Origin: Pelagomonas calceolata
Taxonomy: Eukaryota
Length of the DNA: 64,000 nt
Assembly (NCBI GenBank): GCA_918797485.1
Contig: CAKKNE010000001.1
Span: 3,720,001 to 3,784,000 of the forward strand
Direction: 5' to 3'
Shown piece after piece: positions 60,433 through 64,000 of the stretch. Under the pieces are notes generated by a model. It worked only from the letters and a program-made list of their open reading frames with translations. It made no database searches and was not told the DNA's origin. Numbering within the stretch: the first letter of the stretch is position 1; every line of letters starts with the position of its first letter. A program made the position numbers and the translations under genes.

Positions 60433-60760
60433 CACTGGTTATTCGCCTGTTTTTAGATTAGGGTGGAGCAGGAAGGGAGCTCCACCGCGCTTGCTATGGG
60501 GTTGAGGCCAGGCTGCCTTACTCACTCCTGCACCGGCGGGCCGCCGTTGTCACGTAATCGCCGCGGCGAATACCCAGCGCTTGCTCAGACAAGTGAAGTG
60601 CATCGCTCTAGTCGGGTCCGGTTGCGCGGGGAGCGATCGCTGCCTCTGATGGGGGAGCGCGTCGCGTGTCCATCGCAAACCCGCAGGGATCGCGCGGGTA
60701 TCTCATTATCCTACTAGCCGAAGGCCCTCATTTCGATGGGGAGAGACGAGGCCATCCTCG

Positions 60761-60810
60761 CACGCACGGCAGCCCAATCACCACGCACGGCAGCCCAACT
60801 ACCGCGCACG
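60761..60810. repeat. 21-bp tandem repeat, about 2.4 copies
   Basis: cacgcacggcagcccaatcac / cacgcacggcagcccaactac / cgcgcacg. Confidence 0.8.
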
Positions 60811-60925
60811 CCGCGGCCTCGTGGCCCACCAGCCGTAGCACGCAGCCCGACGGGCACGCCACGCTGCTGCTGCTTAGTATACGTGCATCCGGCACTGCCC
60901 TGCACGCCGCCGACGCGCAGACACC

Positions 60926-62323
60926 ATGGAAGCGGCGCCGCTCCTCGACGATGGAGCACCGACGTACTACGACGGCGTAGTACCGCCGAGACGCCGCAAG
61001 CTCCGCCGCGGCATTCGAGCACTCGCCGCGACTACGCTCCTAGGCGCCGCCGTCATGATACACGGTACTTCTCGTACAACTCAGTTAGATGCATTATCAA
61101 CGACGACCGAGGTTCTGAAAGATGAGCCCCTCGACTGGGGCCTCGGGCTCCTAGCGCGATTGCTAGTACTGTTATCAATCTACCTCCTGGTTGTAGAGGT
61201 TAGACTCCCAGCATCCGTAACCGGAGAGGTGGAAGCGTCGTACGTGAAAGTCGAGGAAGAGTTAGATGATGAGGAGCCTCCATCCATCCTAGAGATATGT
61301 GTCTACGTGGCCATCTACATGGCTGCCGCGATCGGTATCGTGTACCTCAACGCCTACATCCTGACGCAGTGGCCCTGGGCCGCGACGCTGACCATGCTGC
61401 AGATGGTCTTTTGTAGTATCGCGGCTCGGATATGCGTCCTCGGTGGTCTAGCGGATCCTACGTCCGTGGGTATGACGTGGCGGTTATACATAAAAATAGT
61501 GATCCCATTAGCATTGTTGTACTGCTTCTATCTATATGGTAGTAACGCGGTCTACGACTACCTCCAGGTCGGCTACATCCAGCTGCTCAAGCCGGGCCAG
61601 ATGGTCGGCGTGTATATCTTATTGCTGTTATGTGGCAAAGAAAGAATGGCCACAAGACCGTTACTGAACATGCTTATTATCACGGGCGGCGTGCTCGTCG
61701 CGACGCTCGCCGGCGCCGAGATCAGCGGCTGGTCGACGTGGGGCTTCGTGCTCATGATGACGTCCAATGCGTGTTACTCGTTATATTTAGTTGGACAACA
61801 GTTAGCTTTGTCAACGGCACTGTCAGATAAATCCTCAAAAATGGACGCGGTGACGAACGTCTACTTCCTAGGACCTCCTACCGCTTGTTTCCTGGCGGTG
61901 ACCGCGCTGTGTTCGGAATGGACGCAGCCGTCCTTCGATTTGCAGGGCATGTCGTGGTGGGTGTTAGTCGCGGACGGCGCGCTGGCCTTCTCGCTCAATT
62001 TGATCCAGATCACTATATTAAAAAGACTGTCGGCGTTGACGTACATGTTCGCGGGCTACGCGAAGGGTTTCTTGACGGTCGCCATCTCCGTGCTCTTTTA
62101 TCATGAAGAGGTCGATGGTCTGGAGATCTTCGGGTACGTCGTGATGTTAATAGGTCAGTTCATCTGGTCGTTGCGGAAGATTCGGCTGCGGGGGCCGCCG
62201 TTGCCGGAAATCGATCATGGTCTTCGTATCAAGCTCGGCTTGGTCGGGGTTTTGGGATTGGTGGTCTTGGTGCTTTCTTTGACGGTGTCCGGGTGTATAT
62301 TCTTCCCGTGCCAGGCGGGGTAA
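60926..62323 (+). CDS. Triose-phosphate/nucleotide-sugar transporter (TPT/DMT family)
   Basis: About 10 core TM helices: IVYLNAYIL..WPWAATLTMLQM, SNAVYDYLQVGYIQLLK, AFSLNL and SALTYMFAGYAK. Confidence 0.9.
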   Translation: MEAAPLLDDGAPTYYDGVVPPRRRKLRRGIRALAATTLLGAAVMIHGTSRTTQLDALSTTTEVLKDEPLDWGLGLLARLLVLLSIYLLVVEVRLPASVTGEVEASYVKVEEELDDEEPPSILEICVYVAIYMAAAIGIVYLNAYILTQWPWAATLTMLQMVFCSIAARICVLGGLADPTSVGMTWRLYIKIVIPLALLYCFYLYGSNAVYDYLQVGYIQLLKPGQMVGVYILLLLCGKERMATRPLLNMLIITGGVLVATLAGAEISGWSTWGFVLMMTSNACYSLYLVGQQLALSTALSDKSSKMDAVTNVYFLGPPTACFLAVTALCSEWTQPSFDLQGMSWWVLVADGALAFSLNLIQITILKRLSALTYMFAGYAKGFLTVAISVLFYHEEVDGLEIFGYVVMLIGQFIWSLRKIRLRGPPLPEIDHGLRIKLGLVGVLGLVVLVLSLTVSGCIFFPCQAG

Positions 62324-62384
62324 GTTATGTTTTGTAGTTCTGCCTTTTCCCATGCCCCGTCGACGGTGCGTCGGTGGCGTGCTG

Positions 62385-62545
62385 GCTCGGAGAGATACGT
62401 CGATTTCCACTGGATTTTCCAGTCTCGGGCTGCACCGACTACAACCGACTACATACACATCCGAGGCATCGCACGAGCCGAAGAATGGAGATCGGCGTAT
62501 CTTCCCGGGCTGTATCCACCCCGAGAGTCCCTACGAACTATCCAT
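62385..62545. repeat. Two inverted fragments homologous to the internal part of the 28935-29401 MITE
   Basis: 62385-62408 is identical (24 bp) to 29263-29286. The reverse complement of 62487-62545 matches 29228-29286 at 47/59 without gaps. Confidence 0.85.
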
Positions 62546-62675
62546 CCGCCAGCACGCCGCCGACGGCCCGACGCGACGCACACACACAATCTATAGCATA
62601 TATTTTGTAGTTAGTCTTACACAAGTCGCCGAACTGCGTCGACGGCGTCCCGCCCCTACGCCATCGCCGCGTGGC

Positions 62676-63155
62676 TCAGTGCTCGACGTCGCCCTGTTCC
62701 CGCCTAGCCGCCGCCTCCGCCGCCTGCCTCTCAGCCAAAGCCCGCTCCGCGAGCATGCGCCGTTGCGAATCTTCCAGTTTACGTTGCTTCTCGCGCCGCT
62801 CCTCGTCCCGCTGCGCGTCGATGACCCACTGGTACTTCGACTCGGTAAGGCCAAACAAATTCGCGACGACCTCCCCCACAAATTCCGCACCCCGCAAGTT
62901 CTTCTCGTAGAGCCACCAGAAGCGCTGTCGACACCGCTCCTTCAAGGAATCGGGCCTTTCCTGCCCCTCCTCCCAGTAGTAGGGCCCGAACTCCCAGTCC
63001 GTGGCCATCCACTCTTCGAATCGTTCGAGGCGGTTCGGCTCCCTCGCCGGTTCTTCGGGTTCCTTAATGAGGAAGGGGTCGGGCTCGCCGCGGGCGATGG
63101 CCTCCCGCCGCTCCTGCTCCTGGCGCTGGACCATGGCGAAGACGGTCTCGGCCAT
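62676..63155 (-). CDS. Small protein with coiled-coil ends
   Basis: MAETVFAMVQRQEQERRE...AEFVGEVVANLFGLTESKYQWVID...; likely start at 63155. Confidence 0.7.
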   Translation of the reverse strand: MAETVFAMVQRQEQERREAIARGEPDPFLIKEPEEPAREPNRLERFEEWMATDWEFGPYYWEEGQERPDSLKERCRQRFWWLYEKNLRGAEFVGEVVANLFGLTESKYQWVIDAQRDEERREKQRKLEDSQRRMLAERALAERQAAEAAARREQGDVEH

Positions 63156-63620
63156 GGTTTTTATAGTGTTGTGCTTTGCTGGTTGGGCAGCTAGGGGCTG
63201 CCGACGGCGTGGTGCGGGCTGCCTGCTGAGTGGTTGCCGCGCGTGTTTTGGCTTCTTGGCTGCCCGATGGCGTTTCGGTGCACGGATTTTGATCTTTGCC
63301 GGACAGCCGCGGACGCCGGCAGACGCGGGGCGGTGGCGAGCCAAATTCCACAGAAAGGGAAACGTCCTTGTTTGTACGTGTGCAGCCACGTCTCTCAGCG
63401 CTGGAAAATGAGCCTTGTGGTCTTGGCGAGCTCTTTTATGTGTCGCAGTCAGCGCGCTCTGTCCTGCAATTACTGTGAGCGACGCCTCTCGTATGCGCCG
63501 CATACTAGTTGCGCACCAACGCAGCCTCGCGCAGCCTCACCTACGGGTCCAGCGCAAGGACAAGAGCAACTTTCCCGGCGAAAAACGGTGCCGCGGCGCC
63601 CGTTTGGACCGAACGTCAGC

Positions 63621-64000
63621 ATGATGCTGAAGAGGGTAATTGCACTCGCCGGCGCGGCCACCGCGCTAGCCCCCCACGCCCTAACAAGAGGCCCGGCCCG
63701 CGCAAGACGGCGGCCCACCTGCGCGTCCTCGACCATCGACGACCTGGCGCGCGGCAAGGTCGTCACCGGCGACGGCACGAAGAGACCGCCGGTCTTCACG
63801 GTAGAACAGCTGCGACGCCTCGCGCGCACAAGAGAGACCATCGAGCGACGCTTCGAGGCGCCTGCGGTAGAAAGACCGGCCGAAGCCCAGCCCAAGGACG
63901 ATGCCGCGCCTCTCAGTAACGAGGAGCTCGCGGCCTGGTTCGCCCCGCCCGTCGACGGCGTCGACACGAAGCGCGAGGAGATCAATGGAGCAGCTTCGTA
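63621..64000 (+). CDS. 5' part of a probably plastid-targeted protein (runs off the window)
   Basis: MMLKRVIALAGAATA-LAPHALTRGPARARRRPT... is open to the window end and absent from the ORF track. Confidence 0.65.
   Translation, partial: MMLKRVIALAGAATALAPHALTRGPARARRRPTCASSTIDDLARGKVVTGDGTKRPPVFTVEQLRRLARTRETIERRFEAPAVERPAEAQPKDDAAPLSNEELAAWFAPPVDGVDTKREEINGAAS

Noticed and set aside
30054..62323. Possible glycosylation gene cluster (GT47, GT-A, beta-propeller, sugar transporter)
   Set aside because: The genes are 7-11 kb apart and interspersed with unrelated genes; these families are commonly large in algae.

Overview
Very GC-rich, gene-dense and nearly intron-free eukaryotic DNA. The GC-AG/GT-AG introner introns, bipartite plastid presequences and gene content fit a pelagophyte alga such as Pelagomonas or Aureococcus; this taxon call is an inference. 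About 28 protein genes are supportable. They include a ~6,335-aa single-exon beta-sandwich repeat protein, a kinesin, a JHY-like protein, a GNAT, two DnaJ proteins, TrmB, a class I peroxidase, a TPR/IQ/C2/LRR protein, two JmjC proteins, SUN, PLAC8, glycosylation enzymes and a TPT-family transporter. Non-genic highlights: (1) three related TIR + 8-bp-TSD introner elements that create introns and share an internal CCACGCCATCG...CGATGGCGTGG hairpin; (2) a 467-bp hAT-like MITE with perfect TIRs and TSD inside a coding exon, with a possible in-frame splice-out route; (3) a recurrent bipartite motif, (G)CTAGCG-N-(A/G)CA(C/TAC)TAG (CTAG-N12-14-CTAG), seen ten times, always in 5' intergenic or divergent-promoter regions; (4) small dispersed repeats. 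All domain calls come from motifs recognised by eye. No database search was run.
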